DNA from: Octopus vulgaris
Taxonomy: Eukaryota
Assembly: GCA_951406725.2 (NCBI GenBank)
Contig: OX597825.1
Span: forward strand, 33,356,001-33,420,000
Direction: 5' to 3'
DNA length: 64,000 nucleotides
Below, piece after piece: positions 1 through 12,590 of this stretch (position 1 is its first letter; each line of letters begins with the position of its first letter). The notes under the pieces are model-generated. The model saw nothing but the letters and a program-made list of their open reading frames with translations, was not told where the DNA came from and searched no databases. The position numbers and the translations under genes are program-made.

Positions 1-854
1 CATGCTTGCATGGGTCAGATAGATTTATTGAGGCAAATTTTCTATGGCTGGATGCTTTTGCTGTTGCCAACCCTCGTCTATTTCCAAGCAAAGTAATATT
101 TCTTCACGTTCAAATATGATTTTGCAGAATACTAGAAATGAACGACACTATTTGTATGACAGTGACCGTCATTTTACAGCTAACACGCAATGTCAAGACA
201 AGAACACATATGTGCACATGCATGCACACACACACACACTGGGCTTCTTTCAGTTTCCTTCTACCAGATCCATTCAAGCCTTCAGTTGGCCCAGATTTAA
301 AGGAGAAGACATTTGCTTGTGGTACCATGCATGGAGCTGAACCTGAAACCATATGGTTGGGAGTCAAATTCTTATCACACAGCCATGCACCAATGTATTT
401 GAAATACTCATATGCAGAAAGACATGGTGCAACAAAAAGATTTCTCTTACATTCTAATATGATATAGATTGACAGAGTACTCTGTAACAGGATGGCAACA
501 GCTAATTAGGTTAGTAGAAGTGCTTTTATTTACAAGAAAAAAAAAACTCTACCAAATACTTGTGGCTTTTTTATTTAAGAAGTGCAGCTAAATTCAGCTG
601 GAAAGACAGTGACATTGCATCACATAATAATGTTTTTAGATGACATTGCATGTCTAAAGTTTCTTGCCACAGTTAGACTGCAAAATTATATTGAGTGAAG
701 ACATGTCTAAATTTGGAAGTGTATATGTCGCGTGGCAGGTGATATGTGACATATTGACATATTTAGTGCAAAGGGTATGGCCACTAGATAAAAACAGAGA
801 CAAAGATACACACACACACACATGTATATATATATATATATATATATAATTAGT

Positions 855-892
<38 letters not shown>

Positions 893-895
<3 letters not shown>

Positions 896-1040
896 GAAAA
901 GTGGAAAAAAAAGTCAAGATAGAAAATGCTAAAATAATTTTATAAAAAACATTTCAGTACCAGTTTCAGTCATTGAGACTTTTTCAACTTTAAGTATGGA
1001 AAACAATTAAATTTAGAAATATTAAAAAAGTTTTTTTAAA
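893..1040 (-). mobile_element. Penelope-like element terminal (pLTR) fragment with U3-A8 hammerhead motif, inserted next to (TA)n
   Basis: Minus strand 958-987 reads TTGAAAA-agtc-tcaat-gact-GAAAC-tg-GTA; follows the (TA)n tract 857-891. Confidence 0.55.
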
Positions 1041-1272
1041 AGAATGATTGTATAGTGTTCGTTTTCCTTGTTTCTGCCTTCTCTGTCTCTCTTGTTTACT
1101 CTTGTGAGTTCGAGGTTCTTGTGTATGTATATATATATATATATATATATAAATTATTAGAGAGTTAATAATTTATGTATAAATTTGTATTTTCTCCGTA
1201 GTTTTTTGTGCTAAGCCACTCGGTGTTAATTTAATGGTATTATTAAATTAATATCGATTTTTCACCCTCATT

Positions 1273-1318
<46 letters not shown>

Positions 1319-1320
<2 letters not shown>

Positions 1321-1471
1321 GGGTGTGTAATAAGTAACTTGCTAACCAACCACATGATTCCAGGTTCAGTCCCACTGCATGGCACCTTGGGCAAGTGTCT
1401 TCTACTATAGCGTTAGGCTGAACAAAGCCTTGTCAGTGGATTTGGTAGATAGAAATTGAAAGAAGCCAGTC

Positions 1472-1522
<51 letters not shown>

Positions 1523-1630
1523 TATATACGTATATATTTGTGTGTCTGTGTGTCCCCCTCCATCGCTTGACAACCGATGTTGGTGTGTTTACGTCCCTGT
1601 AACTTAGTGGTTCGGCAAAAGAGAGCGATA
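1319..1630 (+). mobile_element. tRNA-derived SINE family A (bipartite, internal TA microsatellite), 3'-truncated
   Basis: A/B-box-like head, ggcaccttgggcaagtgtcttctactatagc core, internal (TA)n, catcgcttgacaaccgatg second half; same motifs recur more than 10 times in the window. Confidence 0.85.
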
Positions 1631-1839
1631 AAATAAAAAAGAAAAAGAATATATATATATATATATGAGACGGGCTTCTTTCAGTTTCTGTTTATCAAAT
1701 CCACTCACAAGGCTTTGATCAACCTGAGGCAATAGTAAAAGATATTTGCAATAGTAAAAGAAGGTGCCATGCAGTGGAACTGAACCCAGGACCATGCAGT
1801 TGGGAAGCAACCTTCTTATCACCCAGCCATGCATGAACC

Positions 1840-1935
1840 TAAAGGTGGGCACCGTTAATTGAAAAGTTAACTTCGTTAACCATTAATCTGTTAACCAAAA
1901 AGTTAACTTTGATAACCGTTAATCAGTTAATTCTT
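1840..1935 (+). mobile_element. hAT-like transposon terminus with subterminal GTTAA(C) repeats
   Basis: taaaggtgggcaccgttaa start followed by repeated gttaac/gttaat motifs; no partner end seen. Confidence 0.45.
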
Positions 1936-1954
1936 TAAAAAAAAAATGGAAGTT

Positions 1955-2440
1955 ATTGATACACCGTTGTAACATAGACAGGAAAGTCACCAATGTGACA
2001 GGTCAGAAAACAGAAAGATGATACCACATGGGCTAGGATAGTATGTATGTAAGGAGGCTTCCAGTAATGTATGAATGTATGTTTTACATGAATGTAAAGA
2101 CAAATATCAGAAGGCAACATCTTTTCCTTTATAAACATAACAATTCATTTGTGGATGGTAAATCACACTTGAAGTAGTAGAAAAAACATATCACAAGGTA
2201 TTAAGTTAAACAGTCGGGGTCACCACTTTAGTCAATGTATCACCAGTCTAGTGAAGGGATCATCTTCATAGCTAATGTGTAGTTATAGCCCAATGGAGTG
2301 TTCACAGTCTGGTTGGAATGACAACATTGGCGGTAGTAGCTTGTCGATACTGTGTCTGTGTGTTCATTCAGTAGTAATTGGTATACAGAGACTGACGGAC
2401 AAAACTCAACTTGTTCAATAGTAAAGTTTATTCATAAAAA
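1955..2440 (-). mobile_element. Gypsy LTR retrotransposon relic (LTR remnant, PBS, deleted internal region)
   Basis: Minus-strand TGGTGACCCCGAC (2213-2225), a typical invertebrate Gypsy PBS, downstream of an AATAAA-containing LTR-like segment. Confidence 0.5.
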
Positions 2441-2529
2441 TATAGTGATGCTTATTTTCTATAAGAAACTCATGTATGTCTTTATGCATACAGACATACA
2501 TGCATGCATCCTCCCACCCACACATACTT

Positions 2530-2915
2530 ACATAGTGTTTCGGCTAAATTTGATGATTTTTATGTCACCTTTTTTCAGGAATAGTTTGACGCAGTGGTGA
2601 ACAGTCAATAGTATTGAAGAAATGACTGTTCATAAATACATCAAACTGAAATTCATCCCAATTTCTTAGAACTAGGACTTAGGTTCAATTCAGATAGCTA
2701 TGTAAAGCTACTGGAGACTGTGGTCTATCAATGGCTAGAGAGGCTTGCTGTTGAAAGGTCATATGTGTGACAACAGGATTTGGGTCCTTGGAAACAGTCA
2801 GAAGTGGTTGTGAGAGAATTTCTACCACCTGCCCTAATTTCTGGCCTCCTAATTCTCCTGATTGTAATCTCATAGATTACTATCTGTGAGGTACAATTGA
2901 GAAAGACATCCAATG
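2530..2915 (+). mobile_element. Tc1/maT-type transposase relic
   Basis: Degenerate translation LRFNSDSYVKLLETVV..QQD..FWPPNSPDCNLIDYYL*GTIE, matching the WPPNSPDxNPxDY motif. Confidence 0.8.
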
Positions 2916-3051
2916 GTTCTGCTATAGTAGAAGATACTTACTTCCAGTGACACCCAGTAAAACTGAACATAGAATCATATGGTTAGGAAGCAAGCTTCTT
3001 ACCACACAACCATATCTGTACCTAAATATTGAATAAAATTTGTATATTGTT

Positions 3052-3616
3052 TTGGGTTGTCTGGAAAGTTCATGCTGATTTATAGTAGCTTACCTTTCGA
3101 CTTATTTTAAAACATGGTTGAATCCTTAAAATAGGATTTGACTACACCTCCATTTAGAACACAGTTTAAGCTATCTTTTCTTGGAAGAGGGTTTATGTTC
3201 CTATAACCTGTGTTAATTTTGTAACCCTTTAAAATGGAAGATAAGAAAGTTCCTTTTCGGCACTTGATGTTTTGGGAACCAGACAAAAATTGCTGTAGCT
3301 TGGCTGGGATGTGTTACCCACTCTCCATATTCATCAGACATTGCTCTTTCAGATTTCCACTTATTCAGGTCTCTGCAGAATAGTCTTAATGGTAGAAATT
3401 TCAATTCCTTGGATGGCGTAAAAAGATACCTTAATGAATTATTTGTCATGAAACCACCTCAATTCTGGGAAGAGGATATTTTGAAGTTAAAGGAAAGATG
3501 GAGATGCATTGTGCAACAGAACGGTTCATATTTGGTTGATTAAAAATGTAATGGCAAGTATTTATTGACCTTTTTCTTTCCTTTAAAAATCAGTAAGAAC
3601 TTTCCAGACAACCCAA
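3052..3616 (+). mobile_element. Internally deleted mariner with both TIRs
   Basis: TIRs ttgggttgtctggaaagttc / gaactttccagacaacccaa + TA; N-terminus MEDKKVPFRHLMFW fused to C-terminus LGWDVLPHSPYSSDIALSDFHLFRSLQN...ERWRCIVQQNGSYLVD*. Confidence 0.92.
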
Positions 3617-3974
3617 TAATACATGTATCAGTATATGTATATTCATATATATCTGTATATATAGTTCATATAATGATATGTATAGTAGATGTATATGGAA
3701 TACATGCTACGTTGATTATTGACAAAACATTACTGTTGCTCAATGAATTTTGATCAGCTCCTTAACTGGCAACATATGGTGTGTTGTAACAAGTGTTTAT
3801 CAAATACATGTAATGCTTGTTATGTTGATGCATTTGTTAAATACCAGTTTTGTCATTTATTTTAAAATACAGCCATGTTGTCAATTGTCACAGTGTGGGT
3901 ATACAAGTACGCCCCCCCCCCCACCACACAAATACATATTTAAAAAAAATTTTTCGATCAAATTTCCTGCAAGT

Positions 3975-4150
3975 TAACTTGGGATCCCTTGATAACAGTG
4001 TAACCTTCATTTAGTTAAGGTAGCTTCAGCTTGATGAGTAGCTGGTGGAGTACCCTTCATTGAGTAATTATTACTTCTGAGGTTCTACAAACTTGGAAAC
4101 ATATGTAGCCTGGATTTTATCTGCCCCACCCACTCAATTTGGATTTTTAT
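3975..4150 (+). mobile_element. Penelope-like element 3'/pLTR fragment with degenerate hammerhead (paralog of 62520-62690)
   Basis: TTGATGAgtagc...GAAACATATGTAgcc; clear similarity to 62524-62690. Confidence 0.6.
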
Positions 4151-4532
4151 TTTTTCACATACATAGCAACCCTAGTTGCTAACTGTGAACTTTGAAATAG
4201 CATTTTTCAGCTTATCAAACTTTGATATGGGGAAAACGTACAACTTTCTACGCCAACAAATTATTATTGCTACTGAAAGATGTCTTTTATACCTTCTATG
4301 AACTGCTTGAAGCTTACCAACTCCTTACAGCTGGATCCTTGGATCTTATATTTACATTTCATTATATATATATATATATATTGGCCTTACTAGCTCCAGT
4401 TAAAGTGTCCAACCCATGCCAGCATGGAAAACAGACGTTAAATGATGGGGATGATGATATGTGTGTGTTTGTGTATATATATACACATACAAAGATACAT
4501 AAATACATATCTATACTTGCATATAATATATG

Positions 4533-4690
4533 TATGAAGGTGAGCTGACAAGTTCCTGGCTTTGGGTAAAAAAAACAAAATACAGGCGGATTAGTTAATT
4601 ATGATTTTATTGAACGTATTCCCTTCTCAGATTCAGATTCACACACTTATTGCAGTGGTCCTTCAGTTTCTCTAAGCCCTTTAAAAAAAC
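4533..4690. mobile_element. mariner terminal fragment
   Basis: TA + tgaaggtgagctgacaagttcctggct, resembling a mariner TIR; single end only. Confidence 0.55.
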
Positions 4691-5115
4691 TATATATATA
4701 TGTATCAGATGGATTCTCTCATTGTTAGATGATGTATGAGGGTTCAACAATTTTCTTAGTGAACAACCACTCAGATGATTTGTTTATAGTGATCAAATGT
4801 TTGTGTAGACATAAGCTCACTCCATCACATCGACATTACCTGTACAGGTGCAATGTGCGAATTGAATGAATAAACTAAAAATCGAGATTCTTTTAGATTG
4901 ATATCAATATTGGGTTCAAATTTTGGCACAAGGCCAGCAGTTTTGGAGAAGGTCTACGTTGGTCACACCAGCCCTTGTGCTCAATTGGTACTTATTTTAT
5001 TGACCTTGAAAGCATGAAAGGCAAAATTGTCCCCGGCAGAATTTGAACTCAAAGTTGATATTAATATCAATTTCAATTTTTTGGAGATGGTTTTGTGTAT
5101 GTGTGCATGTATGTA

Positions 5116-5183
<68 letters not shown>

Positions 5184-5187
5184 TATA

Positions 5188-5402
5188 CTCTTACTCTTTT
5201 TTCTCTTTTACTTGTTTCAGTCATTTGACTGCGGCCATGCTGGAGCACCGCCTTTTAGTCGAGGAAATCGACCCAGGGGCTTATTCTTTGTAAGCCCAGT
5301 ACTTATTCTATCGGTCTGGTTTTTTGCCGAACCACTAAGTAAACACACCAGCATTGGTTGTCAAGCAATGCTAGGGGGGCAAACACAGACACACAAACAC
5401 AT

Positions 5403-5437
<35 letters not shown>

Positions 5438-5610
5438 CACATATATACGATGGGCTTCTTTCAGTTTCCGTCTACCAAATCCACTCACAAGGCATTGGTT
5501 GGCTCGGGGCTATAGCAGAAGACACTTGCCCAAGATGCCACGCAGTGGGACTGAACCCGGAACCTTGTGGTTGGTTAGCGAGCTACTTACCACACAGCCA
5601 CTCCTGCGCC
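5188..5610 (-). mobile_element. SINE family A, full length
   Basis: Complete head (ggcgcaggagtggctgtgtggtaag), core, internal (TA)/(CA) tract, 3' part ending in gtaaaagag repeats. Confidence 0.9.
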
Positions 5611-6444
5611 TATGTATATATATATTAACATATACGTATATATGTGCACACCTACGTATACATATATATGTGTGTTCATGTGTATATGTGTATTTATGTG
5701 TGTGTGCGTGGGCATGTGTGTCTTTTTGTGTGTAAATCAGAAAGCTTTCTGGAGACCATTGAAAAGACGTAACTAAAAATGAAAGGTAAGATTATTTCTT
5801 ACTATACTGAGATAATGTCTATAAATAACAAACAGCCTCATTGAAAACTATAAAAGAAATCAAAGAGGCAATATATAGACTGATTTAATTACTCATTTAG
5901 CTTGTGTAAATTAAACATTTCATCAACAAGCAAAGAATAATTATTTTATAATGCATTATTAGATATTTATTATGCTTACTTAAATGACAAAGACAAACTC
6001 ATATACATAATACAGAAATGTACGTCTCATTATCACTTTAAATCAATTTTCCATAATGGGCTGTATTGGTTCTGCTACAGCTCTACCGATTGCCATTTGA
6101 CATCATTTTTATGATATTTAGTATCTTGACATCAGCCTCCATTTGTTCTTCCCACATCTCTTCACCAGTCTTCGTCTTTTACAGGCACAATTTTCATCTC
6201 CATCATCACCATCCTCCTCCTTATCAACATTGTCATTGTTTTAATGTCCACTTTTCCACGCTTGCTTAAGCCAGACAGCGTTTATAGATGTAGATTTTCT
6301 ATGACTGGATGCTCTTTTTATTGTTTTCTCTCACCTGTTTCCAAGCAAGGTAATATTTCCCCATATCTAGAACTTATTTCTCATGGAAGACTGGAAACAG
6401 ACAACCCTGCTTGTATGACAATGATGCTCATTTACAACCATCAC

Positions 6445-7040
6445 AATGGGCTTTCTCCAGTTTCTGTTTACCAAATCTGCTCACAAGGCTTTGGTCAGCC
6501 TTGACTTATAATAGAAGACATTTGCCTAAGGTGCCATACAGTAGGACTAAACCCAAGACCACATGGCTGAGAAGCAAGCTTCTTAACCACACAGCCATAC
6601 CAGTGCCTTAATTGTGTGTGTGTGTGTGTGAGTGGCTGTGTGGTAAGAAGCTTGCTTCCCAACCACATGGTTCCAGGTTCACCCCCACTGTGTGGAACCT
6701 TAGGCAAGTGTCTTTTACTATGGCATCAGGCCAACCAAAGCCGTGTGAGTAGATTTGGTAGACAGAAACTAAAAGAAGCCCGTTGTATATATATATATAT
6801 ATTTATGTGTGTGTTTCTTTGTGTCTGTGTTTTGCCTCCCAACCCCATCATTGCTTGACAACTGATGTTGGTGCCTTTACGTTCCTGTAACTTAGTGATT
6901 CGGCAAAAGAGACCAATAGAATAAACACTAGGCTTACAAAGAATACACCCTGGTGTTGATTTCTTTGACTAAAACTCTCTAAGGTAGTACTCCAGCATGG
7001 CCACAGTCAAATGACTGAAACAAGTAAAAGAATGAAAGAA
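6445..7040. mobile_element. Two SINE-A copies head-to-head (- 6445-6605, + 6632-7040)
   Basis: Family motifs in opposite orientations separated by a short (TG)n. Confidence 0.85.
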
Positions 7041-7229
7041 AAGAATAAGCTTCAGAACTTGGAATGCCTTACTTTGGATAAGGCTGCTAGCAACTTCTCT
7101 TCGTGCCTTCTACCCCCTCCATCACTTGTGTTTCTTATCCAGTGCTTCATATTTTCTTTCTTTTTACATCCAGTTCATTCTTTTTTCCTTCAGGTATGGG
7201 TCATTAAGAGGTTTCGTTCCCATTCTTTT

Positions 7230-7570
7230 AGCATGGCAGTTTGTAGCACCCAATTTTAACTTATGTATTAGCTTTTCCATAATGCTTCTCTTTTTTTTCT
7301 CCTTCACTATTTTTCCAATTTCGGTCTTGCATTTGCTCATGTACTTGAAAATAGTAAACGATTTTGTCTTCCTTATGTTTTTAGTTATTTATTTTAATTT
7401 CTTGTTACTCTTTACTAAATATTAATGCATATCCTATTGCTTTATGCCCAGAATAAGTAATATTTTCCGCCTCTCATATCAGAACATGGTGATGTTGTGC
7501 TTTAAACAGTTGTTCTTTGTAGTTCTATATTGAGGCACATATTCTGCTATAGTTTCTTCTTGGTTCTTCT
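7230..7570 (-). mobile_element. Highly decayed GIY-YIG endonuclease region of a Penelope-like element
   Basis: Frameshifted translation with a CRIC-like segment, ENITY, and IFKYMSKC..KRSIMEKLIHKLK, similar to a PLE GIY-YIG C-terminus. Confidence 0.35.
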
Positions 7571-7901
7571 GCAGGGACTAGAAAGTGGACAGATGGAAGG
7601 ATAGGATGAAAAGTAAAAAAAAAAACGAATGGTGAAAAAGGCAAGTGGCGTTATAAGTAGTGAAGGAGGTGAGAGATACATACCTGAATGAGTTGAAAGT
7701 CAGGAGAAAAAGTAAGATGGACAGAGATATGCAAATGGTCACGGGTCACATGGTTGTAGGAGGAGAGGGAAAGTGTTGGAGAGCAAAGAGACAGAAAACA
7801 ACAAAGAGGTAAGTAGTGTGAGAGGGAATAAGAGAAAAAAAAAAGAGACAGAGAGAGATGTTGCACAAAAAATTGCAACTATATATTACAAACATAAGTG
7901 C

Positions 7902-8335
7902 AGGCGTGGCTGCATGGTAAAAAGCTTGCTTCCCAACCCCATGGCTCCAGATTAAGTCCCACTGTGTGGCACCTCGGGCCAGCCAAAGCCTTGTGAGTGG
8001 ATTTGGTTGACGGAAACTGAAAGAAACTCATCGTATATATATATATATATATATATATTGATAAAAATGGTAAGACAACAAAAGAAGGAAAGAGACCTTG
8101 ATATTATGTAAATATATATATATACCTTTGCGGGTGTGAATTTGTGTCTGCCTTTGTTCCCCCACCACTGCTTAATAACCATAACTTACTGGTTCAGCAA
8201 AGAGACTGATAGAATAAGAACCAAGTTTAACAAAAATATGTACTGGGGTGGGGTGATTCAATTGGCTAAAAAATTCTCCAAGGCAGTGACCCAGCATGGC
8301 TAAAGTCTAATGATTGAAGCAAGTAAAAGATAAAC
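7902..8335 (+). mobile_element. SINE family A with a foreign fragment inside its TA tract
   Basis: Family motifs; 8059-8112 is unrelated sequence inside (TA)n. Confidence 0.8.
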
Positions 8336-8529
8336 GAAAAATGATGCATAAATAAATATATATTCTCCTATATCTGACAAGATGGGTCCATCCTATGCAC
8401 CCACAAAGCAGAGGTGGGTCAAACTGTTATCAAAATATTTGTAATTCCAGCCAAATGTGTTGAGTGTCACTTTCTATCATTTGTCTACTCACTTGTATAT
8501 ATGCATGTATACACATGCACACTCCCCCA

Positions 8530-8566
<37 letters not shown>

Positions 8567-9384
8567 CATGTATAGTGTACTTAAGACTAAATAATCCTGT
8601 GTGCCCATGTACAAACTCTTTTATTGGCTCATGCTTCACATGGATGGAAAACTGTTATAATTATGTTAAATGTAGATTTGTCTTGCCAACTGTTTACCTT
8701 AGTTATTGTTATACTGTATCTTTGTTCACCAGTTGATATAGTTTTACGAATAAGTTCAGAATTCTTGAACTGTCTCCAACAGCTTCTGCCCAATATCCAT
8801 TATCGATGCCAAAACATTTCAGAAATGCTTTAATGAGTCCTAAGAGCATTTCTATTTTACTTTCTCAACAGAATAGCTTATATCCTTAGCATAAGTCACT
8901 AAATTTAAGAAATACCAGTAATTGTTGTTGTTGCTGTTGTGTAGGTTCCACACATAACCAAGCAGTTCTATGGTTATATTTACCACTCATTTTCAGTTGA
9001 ATACCATTTTGCATCTGGGTATCTTCATAGGGTTTATTTTGCTATAACTATTTGGGTTAGGTCTCCCATTAATATCCTTTTTTCTTCCCACAAGCCTTGG
9101 CAGCCTTGAAAAAGATCATATGCAATGCCCTTCTTCCTCTGACCAAGCCATTAAAATAAGGCATTCCAGCAGTGACCATTCCAACACTTTCATTGAAACA
9201 AAAGTGCACTTAGGAATTCATTATCAAAAGTATCTTGTTGGTTGTGATTTGAGGAAAATTTGGCTGCTATTTCTTGAATAAACATGTGACAAAGATATGG
9301 GCAACTGTTTTTGAGAAGCTGTTTGCATAAGACTTGACTCATCATTAGGCAGGCCATACTGCTAAAAACAAAATTCAACATAGG

Positions 9385-10130
9385 CACAGGCAGGCTGTGT
9401 GTTAAGAAACTTGCTTCCCAACCACATGGTCCTGGGTTCAGTTCCACTGCATGGCACCTTGGGCAAGTGCCTTTTGCTGTAGCCTCAGGCCAACCAAAGC
9501 CTTGTGAGTGGATTTGGTAGGTGGAAACTGAAAGAAGCCTGTCATTTATATATAGGCGTAGGATTTGGTTGTGTGGTAAGTAGCTTGCTTACCAACCACA
9601 TGGTTCAGGGTTCAGTTCCACTGTATGGCTAGCCTCGGGCTGACCAAAGCCTTGTGAGTGGATTTGGTAGACAGAAACTATGTGTAAGTGTTTGTGTGTC
9701 TGTGTTTGCTCCCCCAACATCGCTTGACAACCGATGCTGGTATGTTTACGTCCCCGTAACTCAGTGGTTTGGCAAAAGAGACTGATAGAATAAGTACTAG
9801 GTTTCCAAAGAATAAGTCCTGGGGTCAATTTGCTCGACTAAAGGCGGTACTCCAGCATGGCCACAGTCAAATGACTGAAACAAGTAAAAGAGTAAAGAGT
9901 AGAGTATACATACATACACATATATCTATTTGTGTGTGTGTCTGTGTGTTTGTGTTTGTCCCCCACCACTGCTTGATAACTGGTGTTGGTGTGTTTATCT
10001 CCCCATACTTCAGATGTTCAGCATAAAAGACCGAAAGAATAAGTACCAAGCTTTGGAAAAATAAGTACTGAGATCTTCAAGGTGGTGCTCCAGCATGACA
10101 GTAGTTAACTGACAGGAAAAAGTAAAAGAT
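9385..10130 (+). mobile_element. Nested SINE-A copies (9555-9900 inside an older copy)
   Basis: First half 9385-9545, complete inner copy, second half 9940-10130. Confidence 0.75.
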
Positions 10131-10217
10131 AAAAATTAATTTTTCATTAGGCATGCCATTCAGAAAGTCCAGCAGGTCGCAATCTGCCCATGGCTGACAA
10201 AGAGACTAACCTTGTTT

Positions 10218-10363
10218 GTTTCTGTCCATAAAGGGTTTAGCTTTATGGCATATCATCAGATCCCCAAACCTGTTGGCGCCTGACCATTTAAGAGGTCATG
10301 GGCCAACAGGGTTTGGGAATCTGACAATAAGCCATAAAGCTAAACCCTTTATGGACAGGAAAC
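10218..10363. repeat. Near-perfect 146-bp palindrome (fold-back)
   Basis: ctgtccataaagggtttagctttatggc...ctgacc / ggtcat...gccataaagctaaaccctttatggacag, loop atttaaga. Confidence 0.95.
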
Positions 10364-10469
10364 CTAAGGCAATCCCATGAACCAACCTTCCCCATTTTTA
10401 ATATATATATACACACACACACACATACATACACACATACACACTGGATATATATGTATATATATTCTT

Positions 10470-10643
10470 TTTCTTTTATTCTTTTACTTGTTTCAGGCAT
10501 TTGACTGTGGCCATGCTGGGGGACCGCCTTTAGTGAAACAAATAGACCCCCCAGGACTTATTCTTTGTAAGCCTAGTACTTATTCTATTGGTCACTTTTT
10601 GCCGAACTGCTAAATTAGGTGGACAAACACAGACGCACAAACA

Positions 10644-10701
<58 letters not shown>

Positions 10702-10866
10702 TATGATGGGCTTCTTCCAGTTTCTGTCAACCAAATCCATTCACAAGGCTATGGTTGGCCTGAGGCTATAGTAGAAGACACTTGCTCAAGGTACCACACA
10801 ATGGGACTGAACCCAGAACCATATGGTTGGTAAGCAAGCTACTTGCCACACAGCCACTCCTGCACC
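10470..10866 (-). mobile_element. SINE family A, near full length
   Basis: Family motifs on the minus strand with internal (TA)n. Confidence 0.88.
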
Positions 10867-10946
10867 TATTTAAAACTTTTTGGCATGAAGCTAGCAATTT
10901 TTGAAGGAGGAGGTAAGTTGATTACGTTGACATCAGTGCCTGCACC

Positions 10947-10991
<45 letters not shown>

Positions 10992-12285
10992 ATATGTATA
11001 TATGTAATATACATTTATGTATATGTATGAATGCCTGTATGTATATGTATATGGATGCTAGTGTGTGTGTGTGTGTGTTCTTGTCTTGACATCATGTGAC
11101 AGTTTTAAATGAGGAGCATGGTCTAATAACTGATATTGTTTATTTGCAGTCTTCTGTGAAGAGCATATCTGACCAAGGAGAAATATCTTCTTGCTTGGAA
11201 ATAGATGAGGGTTGGTAACAGGGGTGGCATAGAAAATTCTGCCTCAATGAATTCCACCCAACTCATAGAAGTATGGAAAAGTGAATGTTAAGCAATGATG
11301 CTGATGATGATGATGATCATCGTGAGGAGGAGGAGGAGGTGAAGGAGGAGAACAATAATGATAATTTTGTGTGTTGTGTTGTGTGTGTGTGTGTATATGT
11401 ATGTACTTGTTGATGCATGTATGCGTGTGAATATCTAATGGATTTCTTATTTGTATAGAAAAATGAGGTGATTATTACATGAGAATTTTCAAGAACTGTT
11501 CTGTAATTGACACAATCGAAAACTGTCCAAAAAACCTCCTCATTAAATGTTTCGAAGTATCATCGTACATCAAGAATTTGCGAATGCCACCTGATAAATG
11601 CCAAATAAATGAACAAAATTAATAATGCTACAAGGAATGTGAATTCATAAATTAGTCCATTACATTTTGTATAAAAACAAAAATTTTTAATTATTTTGTT
11701 TCTGAACAAATAGAATTTTTTTTACAGCAAAATTAGAATGTTTATAGCAAGATGTGATGAACAACTAATCTAACCAAAAAAGAAAAAAAATGTCATTACA
11801 GGATAATGAAGAAATCTTGAATTGACTGCACAATAATTTTTCAACTATGTAATGGCTTCTAGCGAACCGGTTGCAAAATTCAACTTTACTATTTCATTAT
11901 TTTAGGCACATTTGTTTTTGGTGTGTTCTGAAAAATGTGGGAATTACTGAATCAACTCTATTGATAGTAAATTAGTAAATAAATAAATATATCAACATGT
12001 ACATAAATAAAAGAACATAATAAAAGTGGAAGAAAATGAAGAAAGTGGAATTAGTTTTTGTTAGCCGCAATATTGGGGGAAAAAGCTTCCCATAAAAAAC
12101 CGTTTAACACTTGGACAAGAGATACCAATATTCATTGCAAGAAATAGAGCATAGAGCTGGAAGAATCGCTAGCAGGTTGGACAAAACGCTGAGTGGAATT
12201 TCTTTCAGCTCTTTTATTCTTTGAGTTCAAATGCTACTGAGATCAACTTTACTTTTCATTCCTTTTCGGATACACCCTACCTACC

Positions 12286-12590
12286 TCATCATCATCGTCA
12301 TCACCATCACCATCACCATCATCCTCCTCCTCCTCCTCCTCCTCATCATCATCATCATCATCCCCACTGCCATCGTTGTCATCATTTAATGTCCATTTTC
12401 CATGCTTGCATAGGTTGGATGTTTCAACAGGAACTAGCAACTCAGAAGACTGCACTAAGCTCTGCTGTCTGTTTTGGAATGGTTTCTATGGGTGGATGCC
12501 CTTTCTAATGCCAACCATTTTACAAAGTGTATTTTATGTGACACCAGCAGTAATGAGGTCACCAAGTTACTTGCAAGACAAAATCCCCTC
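12286..12590 (-). mobile_element. RTE-type 3' end / RTE-linked SINE with (GAT)n tail
   Basis: tttaatgtccattttccatgcttgcatagg motif next to (CAT)n, shared with RTE 3' ends at 36120-36193 and 57700-57750. Confidence 0.75.

Noticed and set aside
7193-7425. Plus-strand exon or membrane-protein ORF after a strong acceptor
   Set aside because: The hydrophobic ORF is the antisense of a lysine-rich decayed retroelement region, and no donor was found.
10236-10262. CTGATGA on the minus arm of the 146-bp palindrome as a hammerhead
   Set aside because: No GAAA after stem II and no NUH or stem I arrangement.
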